The position numbers and the translations under genes were made by a program. Of a stretch of 56,296 nucleotides of DNA, positions 1-8,582 are shown one piece after another. The notes under the pieces are model-generated. The model worked only from the letters and a program-made list of their open reading frames with translations. It had not been told where the DNA came from and did no database searches. The first letter of the stretch is position 1; every line of letters begins with the position of its first letter. Source of the stretch: a virus (taxonomy: Duplodnaviria; Caudoviricetes); IMG/VR virus record IMGVR_UViG_3300020438_000049, positions 1 to 56,296 of that record; one strand, written 5' to 3'.

Positions 1-221
1 ATCTTATCTAACAGTCCTACATATATCTTCTTTGTTCTCATATCGAATAGGTGGATCTCTCCATTCCAATTCCTATTCCGATATTGTGGCATAAACTTTG
101 CACCCTCTACCTCAAAGGTAAAGTGGTCTCTCAACTCATACTCAATATGAGGTTCAGAATCAATTTTTAAAAATACTTCGTTAGACTTAGATATAACGAC
201 ATTAGCACTTGTATCAATCAC
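1..221 (-). CDS. uvsW: UvsW RNA-DNA/DNA-DNA helicase, N-terminal part (runs off window)
   Basis: Manual translation from GTG at 221: MIDTSANVVISKSNEVFLKIDSEPHIEYELRDHFTFEVEGAKFMPQYRNRNWNGEIHLFD..., typical UvsW N-terminus; follows uvsY; late promoter just upstream. Confidence 0.9.
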   Translation of the reverse strand, partial: MIDTSANVVISKSNEVFLKIDSEPHIEYELRDHFTFEVEGAKFMPQYRNRNWNGEIHLFDMRTKKIYVGLLDK

Positions 222-241
222 CTAGTACATGCGTCTAGGAA

Positions 242-248
242 TATTTAG
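242..248 (-). promoter_or_regulatory. T4-type late promoter (CTAAATA) for uvsW
   Basis: Plus-strand TATTTAG about 20 nt upstream of the uvsW start. Confidence 0.65.
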
Positions 249-257
249 GAACCTATG

Positions 258-791
258 TCAAGCTTGTAATAAATCCCATAACTTTTTATAATCCATTTTA
301 GCATATAGATAATTATCAATATGATGTTGGATATTAGAATTCTTTAAGTGAAACTGCCCCTCTCCAGTATTACCTCTATGCTGTTTATCTGAGTATTGTA
401 TATTGGGATCTTTACTAATGGTCTCACTTGGTATCTCAAAGACATAAATCATATCTTTAAAGAATATACCATACCAGAGTATATCAAAGCAACCAGTTTT
501 TACTTGCTGTATATTACAATCCCACCTTTGTTCTAATTTATTTTTATCTTCTATTAGTCTTACTGAGTTATCCTGCATCAATACTTCACAGATGTTTTGT
601 TCCGTAATTGGATTTGCTCTAGTGTATGCTCTTGATACTTTGACCTCACCTTTCTGATCACCTAGTTTTTTATCGTAAGATAGGTTGTCAGACTTCTCTA
701 GACCTTTGATGATTTTACTCATCAAGATCTCACCAACATCACCAAATTTTCGTGTGTTTAGATTGCAAATGGAAGATACTAAATTGTTCAT
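258..791 (-). CDS. Putative PD-(D/E)xK restriction-endonuclease-like nuclease
   Basis: E21 (GDVGE)...D40...E49-V-K51 spacing; ATGA overlap with the uvsY stop; inserted between uvsY and uvsW. Confidence 0.55.
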   Translation of the reverse strand: MNNLVSSICNLNTRKFGDVGEILMSKIIKGLEKSDNLSYDKKLGDQKGEVKVSRAYTRANPITEQNICEVLMQDNSVRLIEDKNKLEQRWDCNIQQVKTGCFDILWYGIFFKDMIYVFEIPSETISKDPNIQYSDKQHRGNTGEGQFHLKNSNIQHHIDNYLYAKMDYKKLWDLLQA

Positions 792-1225
792 CCTAGTCCA
801 GAATTAAATCGCATGAACTCAATTGCATTCTTAATTTGGAACGTTCTGTTCTGTATCACCTTAAGAATGCTTTCAAGGTATACTAACATTGTATCATAAT
901 AATCGATCTTCAACGAAGTAGTGGACAGTTTCTCATCTGCATCCAAGTATTTCTGCATAGTATCCTTATCCCTTATCTTTTTAGGAAAGGGATTCTCTAT
1001 ATAAACGTCTGGATCTGCTTTCCCACTAAAGTACTCATACCGTTCATGACGGATATTTTTCCTTTGTTGCTCTGCTTTTTTTCTTAATAGAAAGATTGTA
1101 TTATAAAGTTCAAAGTATTTTGCATGAAGAGAGGGGATGTTCAATGATTCATCATGTAGATTATCTCTATCTATTGCTGCATCTTTTTCCCACATCTCTT
1201 GAAGTTTATCAAGAGTCACACTCAT
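788..1225 (-). CDS. uvsY: UvsY recombination mediator
   Basis: 145-aa helical protein ending RTFQIKNAIEFMRFNSG; gp3-uvsY-uvsW synteny. Confidence 0.9.
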   Translation of the reverse strand: MSVTLDKLQEMWEKDAAIDRDNLHDESLNIPSLHAKYFELYNTIFLLRKKAEQQRKNIRHERYEYFSGKADPDVYIENPFPKKIRDKDTMQKYLDADEKLSTTSLKIDYYDTMLVYLESILKVIQNRTFQIKNAIEFMRFNSGLG

Positions 1226-1803
1226 AAAGGTTTTCCTTCCAGATCAGTTAGTTTGTATATAGTATACTTGAAAGATACGTCTGCTGTAAAGTATTCTACA
1301 TCTGTATCAGTTGCATCAAATGATAGTGTAGATAAGCTATATGGAAATAGGTCATCAAATAACACTTGAAATTTAGGTACTAGATTACTACTTAGAATTT
1401 GTAACGTACCATCGGAATATATTTGATCTCCTCTATTACTAAATCTTGCAGCACCAAACAAATAATCCTGCTCTTCTAATTTATCAAACTGTTTAAGTGT
1501 TTCTGGATAACCAAGTCCACGAATCCAGTTTTGAATCTCCATATAGTTACCTAGATCCTCATCAACAAGGAACCTTAAATTAAGATCACCAAAATCAATC
1601 TTATCACCAGGTATTGGTATGTCCTTAAAGTATGTTGGTTGTTCTGCTATTCCTAAAGTTATATCAGGAATGTTTGCCTGATTACAAAAGAAAGCAGTCT
1701 TAGGACTTCTTTTAAGTGCAAATTTAAAACCAACTGGAGACAAGAAATTCCTATTTTGTATGGGAGTTCCTGGTCTTGGTGCTGGTGAATTTCTAATCGC
1801 CAT
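1222..1803 (-). CDS. gp3: Tail completion / tube terminator protein gp3
   Basis: NFLSPVGFKF, FCNQANIP, LRFLVDEDLGNY, FPYSLSTLSFD motifs; position after gp23. Confidence 0.9.
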   Translation of the reverse strand: MAIRNSPAPRPGTPIQNRNFLSPVGFKFALKRSPKTAFFCNQANIPDITLGIAEQPTYFKDIPIPGDKIDFGDLNLRFLVDEDLGNYMEIQNWIRGLGYPETLKQFDKLEEQDYLFGAARFSNRGDQIYSDGTLQILSSNLVPKFQVLFDDLFPYSLSTLSFDATDTDVEYFTADVSFKYTIYKLTDLEGKPL

Positions 1804-1821
1804 TATAAGATACTTTTTAAA

Positions 1822-1828
1822 TATTTAG
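1822..1828 (-). promoter_or_regulatory. Late promoter (CTAAATA) for gp3, overlapping the upstream TAA stop
   Basis: TATTTAG on plus strand, 18 nt from the gp3 ATG. Confidence 0.7.
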
Positions 1829-2889
1829 TAAGCATCTACATCAACTAACTCTTTTGAATTCCACTCATCCTTATGATCCGCAATAAACTGAGGTATGCAA
1901 CCTTTAATTATATAATGCTTAGATGGATCAACATTCTTGAACTCCGTATCTCTTCTATTACCAACGGCTTTGTACATAAGTCTAGTATATGAACTAAGAT
2001 CTCTTAGAAAAATATCTTTTTTATTTCTTGCTTCTGACGGTAATCTTTTCTTAGTGTAGAGTATAATATCTACTGGATTTTTAGATCCATGCTCCAATAC
2101 TGCCTCACAAAAACAACGACATGTATATGTGTCGGCATCCATAGAGAATAGGAAAGTTGTTTTGTTATCAATTTTAATATGGAACTTTTTATCTAAAATG
2201 TCTACCCATGACTTTCTTTCTTTGATAAGAACTGCATTATCACCTTCAGCATGTCTTTTAATTATACCATCTACAATAAGAGTAACATTATTTTGAGTAA
2301 AGGATTTATGAATATATAATCTATTTTTTAACCAATCTCTGATATCAACTTCATTTGGTTGTAACTCTTTCTTATTGATTAGGGTTAAACCTCCTGTAAT
2401 AACATCTTCTCTAGTTCCTTTAGTAGCAGGATCATGCCTTAAGTTTTCTAAAATTCCTCCACTAATTCTAGCCATTTCGCCAGGTTCTATCTTCTTAAGA
2501 TTTATCCAAGGTAGCTTTTTCTCACTATTTCTTTTTCCTGCTAGAGCTCTACCTCTACCCTCTACTGGATTTTCTTTTCCAGTGGAATCTTTAGATCCCA
2601 TACCTGGTGTATATTTTGTTATATATCCTTTTATCGAAAAGTTATTTTCTAATGCTTGGATTCTTTCTTCAGTGTTACCTTCTTCTCTAACACCATCATT
2701 CGACCATATATCATCTAATTCATCTACTTCAGTATCTAGATCAAGAGAACCTAAAGATTCAAACTCATATCCTTTAGGTATCTCTATTTCCATCCCTATA
2801 AAGTATTCTAAGTTTATATCTCCAACTCCGTTAAAACCTGGTAGTTTAACTGGACCTACGATGTCCTGTCTGTTAATAGTAATTTTCAT
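1825..2889 (-). CDS. Hypothetical protein with ParB/Srx-like N-terminal domain (likely start ATG 2889; ORF track starts at 2952)
   Basis: NDGVR...ERIQALENNFSIKGY...PVEGRGRALA...ILENLRH resembles ParB N-domain motifs (NxxR, GxxR, ENLxR). Confidence 0.55.
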   Translation of the reverse strand: MKITINRQDIVGPVKLPGFNGVGDINLEYFIGMEIEIPKGYEFESLGSLDLDTEVDELDDIWSNDGVREEGNTEERIQALENNFSIKGYITKYTPGMGSKDSTGKENPVEGRGRALAGKRNSEKKLPWINLKKIEPGEMARISGGILENLRHDPATKGTREDVITGGLTLINKKELQPNEVDIRDWLKNRLYIHKSFTQNNVTLIVDGIIKRHAEGDNAVLIKERKSWVDILDKKFHIKIDNKTTFLFSMDADTYTCRCFCEAVLEHGSKNPVDIILYTKKRLPSEARNKKDIFLRDLSSYTRLMYKAVGNRRDTEFKNVDPSKHYIIKGCIPQFIADHKDEWNSKELVDVDAY

Positions 2890-2966
2890 TTGCAAATACG
2901 GTTGCGTTAGCGATTGTCTTTTACTACACGGAGCCGAAGCGGTGTGGTTCAAAGATAATAATGTAT

Positions 2967-2995
2967 ATTATATATTAGAATAAAAAAAAAGTCAA
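2967..2995 (-). promoter_or_regulatory. Sigma70-type promoter TTGACT-N17-TATAAT for the ParB-like gene
   Basis: Minus strand TTGACT(2995-2990) TTTTTTTTATTCTAATA TATAAT(2972-2967). Confidence 0.75.
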
Positions 2996-3015
2996 CCCCC
3001 GAAGGAGCTGACTTT
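2982..3015 (-). terminator. Rho-independent terminator of gp23 with C(UUCG)G tetraloop
   Basis: AAAGTCAGCTCC-TTCG-GGGGTTGACTTT followed by a U tract, about 20 nt after the gp23 stop. Confidence 0.9.
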
Positions 3016-3036
3016 GAAGAAATATAAGCGTCTCGC

Positions 3037-4398
3037 TTACATGAGGTTCTTAACTGTAACACGTCTGTAGTACTTGTTGTTGTTAACTCCAACAGTACCA
3101 GCACCAGCAGTTGTACCTTCGGCAAATGGGTTCGCAACGATTCCGTAACGAGTCTTAAAGCCGATTTTTGGTTGGAAACTATTCTCTCCAACTGCACGAA
3201 CCATCTGTAGTGGAACGTATGGGCAGTAGAACAGACCAGCGTCGTAAGGTGAAGAACCTTTGTATCCAACAACATAGTACTGATTAGCAGCACTGTTTGC
3301 AGAATAAGGGTCAATGTATACCTTGTACTTACCGTTAAGAGTACCAGCAAATGTATTGCCAGTGTCATCAACGTTAAGGTTAGCGTTAAGAGCAGGTGTG
3401 TAATCAAGAACACCAGCCATTGTTAACGCAGAAGCAACGTCAGCAGATGTTAGGATAACGTTACCCTTTCCTCTACGAGTTTGCTGTGCGATAGCGTTAG
3501 CATCTCTTTCGATCTGGAAGATAAGTCCTTTGAACTTCTCAACTGACCAACGACCATTACTGTCGATGTCTAAGTCGAACTCTCCAGCAGTTGCTGTGTT
3601 AGCAGCAGCACCAGTTTCAGCAGACTTGTAGATTGTTCTAATAACTTCTCTGTTGATTTCCGCAAGGATCTCAGTAGAAAGGATATTAGCAAGTTCTGCT
3701 TCAGCATTCAATCCGTGGATTGCTTTCAAGTCCTGAGCAAGCTCTAGTGAGTACTCAGCTTTCAACGCACGAGATTTCGCAGTAACTGTTACTTTCTCAA
3801 TGCTGAATGCCATTTCGTTGAAGGCATCTGCACCAGTGCCATCAAGCTTTTCAGACTGGGCAGTGGTCATACCTTGACCAACGTCGTATGCCTTCTGAGT
3901 AGTAGAAGTTGATGGGTTCAACGCACCTGGATTTGAACCAGACTGTGATGTTGTACCTAAACCAACTGCACCGTTAACGAAACCAGTTTCAACATTGCTT
4001 CCTGCAGGTTGTCCTGAGAATGCAGAGTCTGCTTCGTTGTAGAATGCTTCTGTACCAGATTGATCCTTGTAACGAGATCTCATCGCAAAGATGAGTCCAG
4101 TAGGACCAGACATTGGTTGTACGCCAGCAAGATCATAAGCGATCAAGTTAGGCATTGCTCTTCTAATCAATGAGATTAGAACAGGATCAAAGTTATCAAC
4201 ACTAGAACCTGTAGAGTTCGTAGGTTGCTCTGTTAAAAGACCAGAATTGCCGAATGCATTCTGTTCTCTTTGGAATTTTTCTTGGTTTTCTAGCAGGACT
4301 GCGGTTACCGCTTTCTTGTGAGAATCTTGAATTTTATCAAGACCTTCGTGCTCAAGAACTGGTGCCCATTTTTCCTGCAACTGTTCTGAATGGAACAT
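3037..4398 (-). CDS. gp23: Major capsid protein gp23
   Basis: LIRRAMPNLIAYDLAGVQPMSGPTGLIFAMRSRY, KSRALKAEYSLELAQDLKAIHG, FQPKIGFKTRYG motifs. Confidence 0.99.
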   Translation of the reverse strand: MFHSEQLQEKWAPVLEHEGLDKIQDSHKKAVTAVLLENQEKFQREQNAFGNSGLLTEQPTNSTGSSVDNFDPVLISLIRRAMPNLIAYDLAGVQPMSGPTGLIFAMRSRYKDQSGTEAFYNEADSAFSGQPAGSNVETGFVNGAVGLGTTSQSGSNPGALNPSTSTTQKAYDVGQGMTTAQSEKLDGTGADAFNEMAFSIEKVTVTAKSRALKAEYSLELAQDLKAIHGLNAEAELANILSTEILAEINREVIRTIYKSAETGAAANTATAGEFDLDIDSNGRWSVEKFKGLIFQIERDANAIAQQTRRGKGNVILTSADVASALTMAGVLDYTPALNANLNVDDTGNTFAGTLNGKYKVYIDPYSANSAANQYYVVGYKGSSPYDAGLFYCPYVPLQMVRAVGENSFQPKIGFKTRYGIVANPFAEGTTAGAGTVGVNNNKYYRRVTVKNLM

Positions 4399-4441
4399 TT
4401 GCTTTAAAATAAGTGTTTAGTTTGTTTAATTTTAAATTCAG

Positions 4442-5617
4442 TTACTTGCTAAACTGAGATAGTGTTTTTAGATATCCAGCCATTGAACCTGAAACTGATT
4501 CAGGTGCAGAATCGACTCCTTCTGATAAACTCTCTCCTTTAGCAGCTGGTACGCCTTTATTAGGGAAATAAGATTCCTTAAGGGTCTCCAACTTTTCACG
4601 ATACTCTGATTCACTTTCAAACTCGACACTTTCAGCAAGTGAAGCGAGCTTCTCTTTCTGTGTGGACGCTAATCCGTCAGAAACAGATTCAAGAATACCG
4701 TCAGCAACAGACTCAGCGAGTCTACTGTTTAGTCCAACGTTCTTCTCAATTTGCTCATTGAGTTTGGATTCCATATCATCTAGTTTTTCTACCATACTCT
4801 GTAGTACATCATATTTTTCTTCAGGGATTGATACATAATGTTCTTCAAAAAGACCTTTTAGACCAGTCATAAAGGACTCAGTGAGTTCTTCTTTAAGACC
4901 TGCCTCTACTGCAAGTTGGTTCTCATTGAACCACTCGTCAGATACATATTCTAGGTAAGAGTCTACACGCTCATTAAGAGCAGACTTAAACTCTTCTGCC
5001 TCTTCGACGAGTTTTGTTTCATACTCAGTCTTAAGGTTTTCTTCGATTGCTGCAACTTTTCCGTTGATTGCTGCTTCAAGAATAGTTTTTGCTTTACTCT
5101 TAAAGTCTTCAGAAAGTTCTTCACCTTCTATGAGTGCTGCAACGTCTTCATCGATGCTGTACTCAGGTGCTTCAGCAACTACTGGTTCTTCAGTAGTTTC
5201 TTCCTCTGCAACAACTTCTTCTGTAGAAGTCTCTTCTTCTGCTACTACTTCATCAGTAGTAACTTCTTCTTCAGAGACAACTTCATCAGTTGCTTCAACT
5301 TCTTCAGGTACGGATACCTTAGTAGCACTAGTTGCTGCTGCATCTCCTGCAGAAGCTTTCTTGTTAACTACATCCTTAACTTGCTTAAGGGTGCCACCAG
5401 GAGTCTTCAGTTTTGCTGAATCGTCATCTGGTTTGTAGTTATCTGGTGTTGGGCCACCTAGATCTTCGACTGTTGCCGAATTTCCTGGAGTAGATACACC
5501 TGCTGCGTTACTACCAGCCGTTGGCAAAGCATCACCAGGTGATGCAGCTGCATTAGCCTTCGTTTTGGAGGGTGTAGTGCCTACTTCCATTTCCTGTAAT
5601 TCTTTGCCACTAGACAT
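4442..5617 (-). CDS. gp22: Prohead core scaffold protein gp22
   Basis: Acidic coiled coil with VDSYLEYVSDEW and LKGLFEEHYVSIP; lies between gp21 and gp23. Confidence 0.95.
   Translation of the reverse strand: MSSGKELQEMEVGTTPSKTKANAAASPGDALPTAGSNAAGVSTPGNSATVEDLGGPTPDNYKPDDDSAKLKTPGGTLKQVKDVVNKKASAGDAAATSATKVSVPEEVEATDEVVSEEEVTTDEVVAEEETSTEEVVAEEETTEEPVVAEAPEYSIDEDVAALIEGEELSEDFKSKAKTILEAAINGKVAAIEENLKTEYETKLVEEAEEFKSALNERVDSYLEYVSDEWFNENQLAVEAGLKEELTESFMTGLKGLFEEHYVSIPEEKYDVLQSMVEKLDDMESKLNEQIEKNVGLNSRLAESVADGILESVSDGLASTQKEKLASLAESVEFESESEYREKLETLKESYFPNKGVPAAKGESLSEGVDSAPESVSGSMAGYLKTLSQFSK
5171..5300 (-). repeat. Imperfect in-frame tandem repeat (about 33 bp; EVVAEEETxxE) in gp22
   Basis: TDEVVSEEEVT/TDEVVAEEETS/TEEVVAEEETT/EEPVVAE. 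Confidence 0.75.
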
Positions 5618-5661
5618 TTGGGGTTCTCTCCGATTTCCTGTAAAAAGTTAAAATCTATATT

Positions 5662-5669
5662 TATTTATA
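5662..5669 (-). promoter_or_regulatory. Late promoter TATAAATA for gp22/gp23
   Basis: Exact T4 late consensus; GGAGA RBS downstream. Confidence 0.85.
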
Positions 5670-5679
5670 AGTGCAGTAT

Positions 5680-6333
5680 TTACAATGACTTAATAAAGTC
5701 GTTGAAAAGACCTAACTTGTGTTCTTCGAGTGCTCTTTGGGTTGTTAAAGACTCGATTTTGTTTTTTGTATCATTAGCAAGTCTCTCTCTAAGGGAATTT
5801 CCCTCCCAGATCCACTCCTTTCCTTCCATAATTCCCTCAACAAATGCATCGGGTGCAGAAGGATCTGCTACGATATCTGCTGCTGTTGCTAACATAAAGT
5901 CATCTCCAACAACATTAAATCCTTCACGGGTTGGTTTCAATGAACCAATTCCTCTAGAAGATACACCTAGTTTTACACCTTCTCCTATAAGTGAAGATGC
6001 AATTTGACCCATTGGTGTACTAAGGATTTTTGCTTTTCCTATAAAATTAGATCCACTCTCTTTAAGTGAAACAATCTTATGGGATACTCTATCAAGGTTA
6101 ACAGTTGGACCATCGGGATGTCCCAATTCTCCAAGTGCTCTACCTGTAACTATATTTGATTCATTGTACCTACCAACTTCTCTCTGGAGAGTTTCCATAG
6201 GATACATTCTACCATTACGGTTTTTAATGTTACCTTGTAAAAAGATACCTTCAATATAAAGGTTCTGTTTACCAGACTTTAATTTCTCAGTAATAAATTT
6301 TACCGACTCAATTTCTTCTCTGATGAGTTTCAT
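5680..6333 (-). CDS. gp21: Prohead core protein protease gp21
   Basis: NRNGRMYP, GELGHP, GVSSRGIGS, DIVADPSAPDA motifs. Confidence 0.97.
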   Translation of the reverse strand: MKLIREEIESVKFITEKLKSGKQNLYIEGIFLQGNIKNRNGRMYPMETLQREVGRYNESNIVTGRALGELGHPDGPTVNLDRVSHKIVSLKESGSNFIGKAKILSTPMGQIASSLIGEGVKLGVSSRGIGSLKPTREGFNVVGDDFMLATAADIVADPSAPDAFVEGIMEGKEWIWEGNSLRERLANDTKNKIESLTTQRALEEHKLGLFNDFIKSL

Positions 6334-6335
6334 TT

Positions 6336-6593
6336 TTAGTTACCGTAAGCGATCTTTACAACCTTCATACTAGATCCTTGAGATGCTGCAGTTAGAGTAT
6401 CTGTTGCATCTTTTTCTAAGAGGACTGTATCCAATGTACCAACACTTAAACTACCGACTGTAGTACCACCAGAAGTTTTTCTAGTAATAACAACAGCAGC
6501 ACTATGGGCATTATAAAGCCGTACTACAGTAGCTAAGTCAACATTAGAAGCAGATGATAAATTACCCTCTGCTGCTAAAACCTTTATTAACAT
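6336..6593 (-). CDS. Small hypothetical protein (head cluster)
   Basis: 85-aa ORF tightly packed before gp21, with late promoters upstream. Confidence 0.8.
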   Translation of the reverse strand: MLIKVLAAEGNLSSASNVDLATVVRLYNAHSAAVVITRKTSGGTTVGSLSVGTLDTVLLEKDATDTLTAASQGSSMKVVKIAYGN

Positions 6594-6614
6594 TGTCTAA
6601 CCTCTAAATCCAGT

Positions 6615-6630
6615 TATTTAGTTATTTATA
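6615..6630 (-). promoter_or_regulatory. Tandem late promoters TATAAATA / CTAAATA
   Basis: TATTTATA 6623-6630 and TATTTAG 6615-6621 on plus strand. Confidence 0.75.
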
Positions 6631-6634
6631 AACA

Positions 6635-6853
6635 CTATTCTTCGGATTCAGTTTCAACCTCTGTTTCTGCCTCTACAGGCTCAATTGTATCAAAAGTTTG
6701 TCCAGCAACACTAGGTCGATGTCCGTCAACCTTCTCTGCAGACTTTGCAAATAGGATATCTTTAATCTTATCGCTTATATTAGATGGTGATTCATCAGCA
6801 ATAATCATATCCATCAAATCATCATTAGTAACGTCAGGCATAATTAAGTCCAA
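6635..6853 (-). CDS. Small acidic prohead core protein (gp67-like by position)
   Basis: About 70 aa with an acidic C-terminus, directly after the portal gene; start may be ATG 6841. Confidence 0.65.
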   Translation of the reverse strand: MDLIMPDVTNDDLMDMIIADESPSNISDKIKDILFAKSAEKVDGHRPSVAGQTFDTIEPVEAETEVETESEE

Positions 6854-6873
6854 AAAATGTGTTTAATCCTTAA

Positions 6874-6881
6874 TATTTATA
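6874..6881 (-). promoter_or_regulatory. Late promoter TATAAATA overlapping the gp20 stop
   Basis: Exact consensus; the TAA stop is at 6877-6879. Confidence 0.75.
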
Positions 6882-8550
6882 TCTCTCCACCCTTGGGCAA
6901 TTCTGTCATACCACCATCCTTAGTGCCATCAAGGTTAGGTTCCATAACTGGTGCCCCTAAATCCATTCCTGCAGCACTTTGATCCATAGGTAATCCTGTT
7001 GCTGGATCTACTGGAATTGAAGGATCTGGTATAGTTCCATCTGCTATTTCCTTTTCAATTAACTTATCCTGTTCAATAATCTCATCATCTGTTTGATGTA
7101 GGATGTTACGTCTTACATAATCCTGAGAGAAGAACCTTCCAACATATGGTTCTGCTGTTGCAACACTATTCAATCTCTCATTTAATAGTTCTGAATTCTT
7201 TAATTCAGTGAAGTGATTATCATACAAGAAGTCATATTGTATATGTTCACTCATTATTTCCCAATCTTCTGGGGTGCATATATTCTTAAGAATCAATTGA
7301 GTCCTAAGCATATCATCAAACAATTTTGAGAATCTTTTTCTCAAACGTGCTACAAATTTAGTGAACTTAAGTTCATCTCTTAAGATTTCTGAGGATCTTC
7401 CGAGGTTAAATCCTCCTTCTCCGTCCATTCTTGATGGAGGTACGTTGAGGGATCTATATAATTTCTTTTTGAAGTACTCGATGTCCGTGATCTCACCCAG
7501 GTTTTGACCTCCAGGAAGAGTAGAAATCTCAGTACCACGTCCTCCTTCTCTCCGAGGGAGCCAGAAATCTTCCAGCATTGCCATGTACTTTTTGTCATCA
7601 CGGATCTCTCCTGTGTTAGCGTCGTATACAAGTTTGTTACGATATCGCATCATCACATCTCTGAGATATTGCTCTGCCTTTACCTTCGGTAGATTACCAA
7701 CATCAATATAGAAAATTCTACGTTCTGGAGCACGAGATAGTCTGTATATTACTAGAGAATCCTCAATCATCCTTAATTGATTGAGTGATTTGATTGATTT
7801 ATGCAAGTAAGAAAGGGTATTTCCTTTATTTCTATCTACCAGACCTGATGTACAATACGTTACTGCATCTTTTGCTAGCTTAATTCCCTGACTTGCACCT
7901 GTTGCATTTATATTTCCTGTTGGATATTGTTGCTTTGGATTGTATATAAAGTACTCTTCTAGTTCTGGCCATTTAAAACCCATTGGGTCTTGAGAATTAC
8001 CAGTACTATTGAGATTCAAATACTTATCTTTTTCTTGCTTCTTCTCTTGTCTAACATAACGCATTTTCATTGCGTCAATATAACGAAGATCTTGAATACC
8101 TGCTTGAGGATTCTTCAAATCAATGACTTTATGATAAAAAATCCTTCCATCAATATACCAGTTACGATAAATTTCGTGGGATTTCTTACCAAAATCTAAA
8201 AGATCAAGAATGTATTTAAATTCTGATCTAATTTTCTTCTTAATACCATCACTAGCACTAAGATTGGAAAGATCAATTTGAACAGGAACGTCGTTTGAGT
8301 CTGAAACAATTGCTTCATTTACGATATCTTCGATAGCACTATCCGCTTCGGGATGAAGTGACATCTCTCTATATCGTTTGATTAACTCATACTCAGTTCT
8401 GTAAACACCTTCGATGTCAACATAAGAACCAAAAAAACCACTACTCGCATAATGATCAACCCCGTCCTCGTCATTAGGAGCAACGGGGGAGACCGCATTG
8501 GGAGATAGTGGTTCTGTGTCCTCTATAGAGAACCCAAATAACTTCGACAT
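6877..8550 (-). CDS. gp20: Portal vertex protein gp20
   Basis: IYRLSRAPERRIFYIDVGNLPK, EDFWLPRREGGRGTEISTLPGGQ. Confidence 0.99.
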   Translation of the reverse strand: MSKLFGFSIEDTEPLSPNAVSPVAPNDEDGVDHYASSGFFGSYVDIEGVYRTEYELIKRYREMSLHPEADSAIEDIVNEAIVSDSNDVPVQIDLSNLSASDGIKKKIRSEFKYILDLLDFGKKSHEIYRNWYIDGRIFYHKVIDLKNPQAGIQDLRYIDAMKMRYVRQEKKQEKDKYLNLNSTGNSQDPMGFKWPELEEYFIYNPKQQYPTGNINATGASQGIKLAKDAVTYCTSGLVDRNKGNTLSYLHKSIKSLNQLRMIEDSLVIYRLSRAPERRIFYIDVGNLPKVKAEQYLRDVMMRYRNKLVYDANTGEIRDDKKYMAMLEDFWLPRREGGRGTEISTLPGGQNLGEITDIEYFKKKLYRSLNVPPSRMDGEGGFNLGRSSEILRDELKFTKFVARLRKRFSKLFDDMLRTQLILKNICTPEDWEIMSEHIQYDFLYDNHFTELKNSELLNERLNSVATAEPYVGRFFSQDYVRRNILHQTDDEIIEQDKLIEKEIADGTIPDPSIPVDPATGLPMDQSAAGMDLGAPVMEPNLDGTKDGGMTELPKGGEI

Positions 8551-8574
8551 GATTTATTTAATTTTCCTTCTTAC

Positions 8575-8581
8575 TATTTAT
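8575..8581 (-). promoter_or_regulatory. Late promoter ATAAATA for gp20
   Basis: TATTTAT on plus strand in the gp19-gp20 gap. Confidence 0.6.
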
Positions 8582-8582
8582 G

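Noticed and set aside
2375-2983. 202-aa plus-strand ORF
   Set aside because: Antisense shadow of the ParB-like gene; Ser/Pro/Phe-rich; no promoter or RBS seen
2949-3413. 154-aa minus-strand ORF overlapping the gp23 3' end
   Set aside because: Alternate-frame Leu/Thr-rich artefact of gp23 codon bias; runs through the terminator
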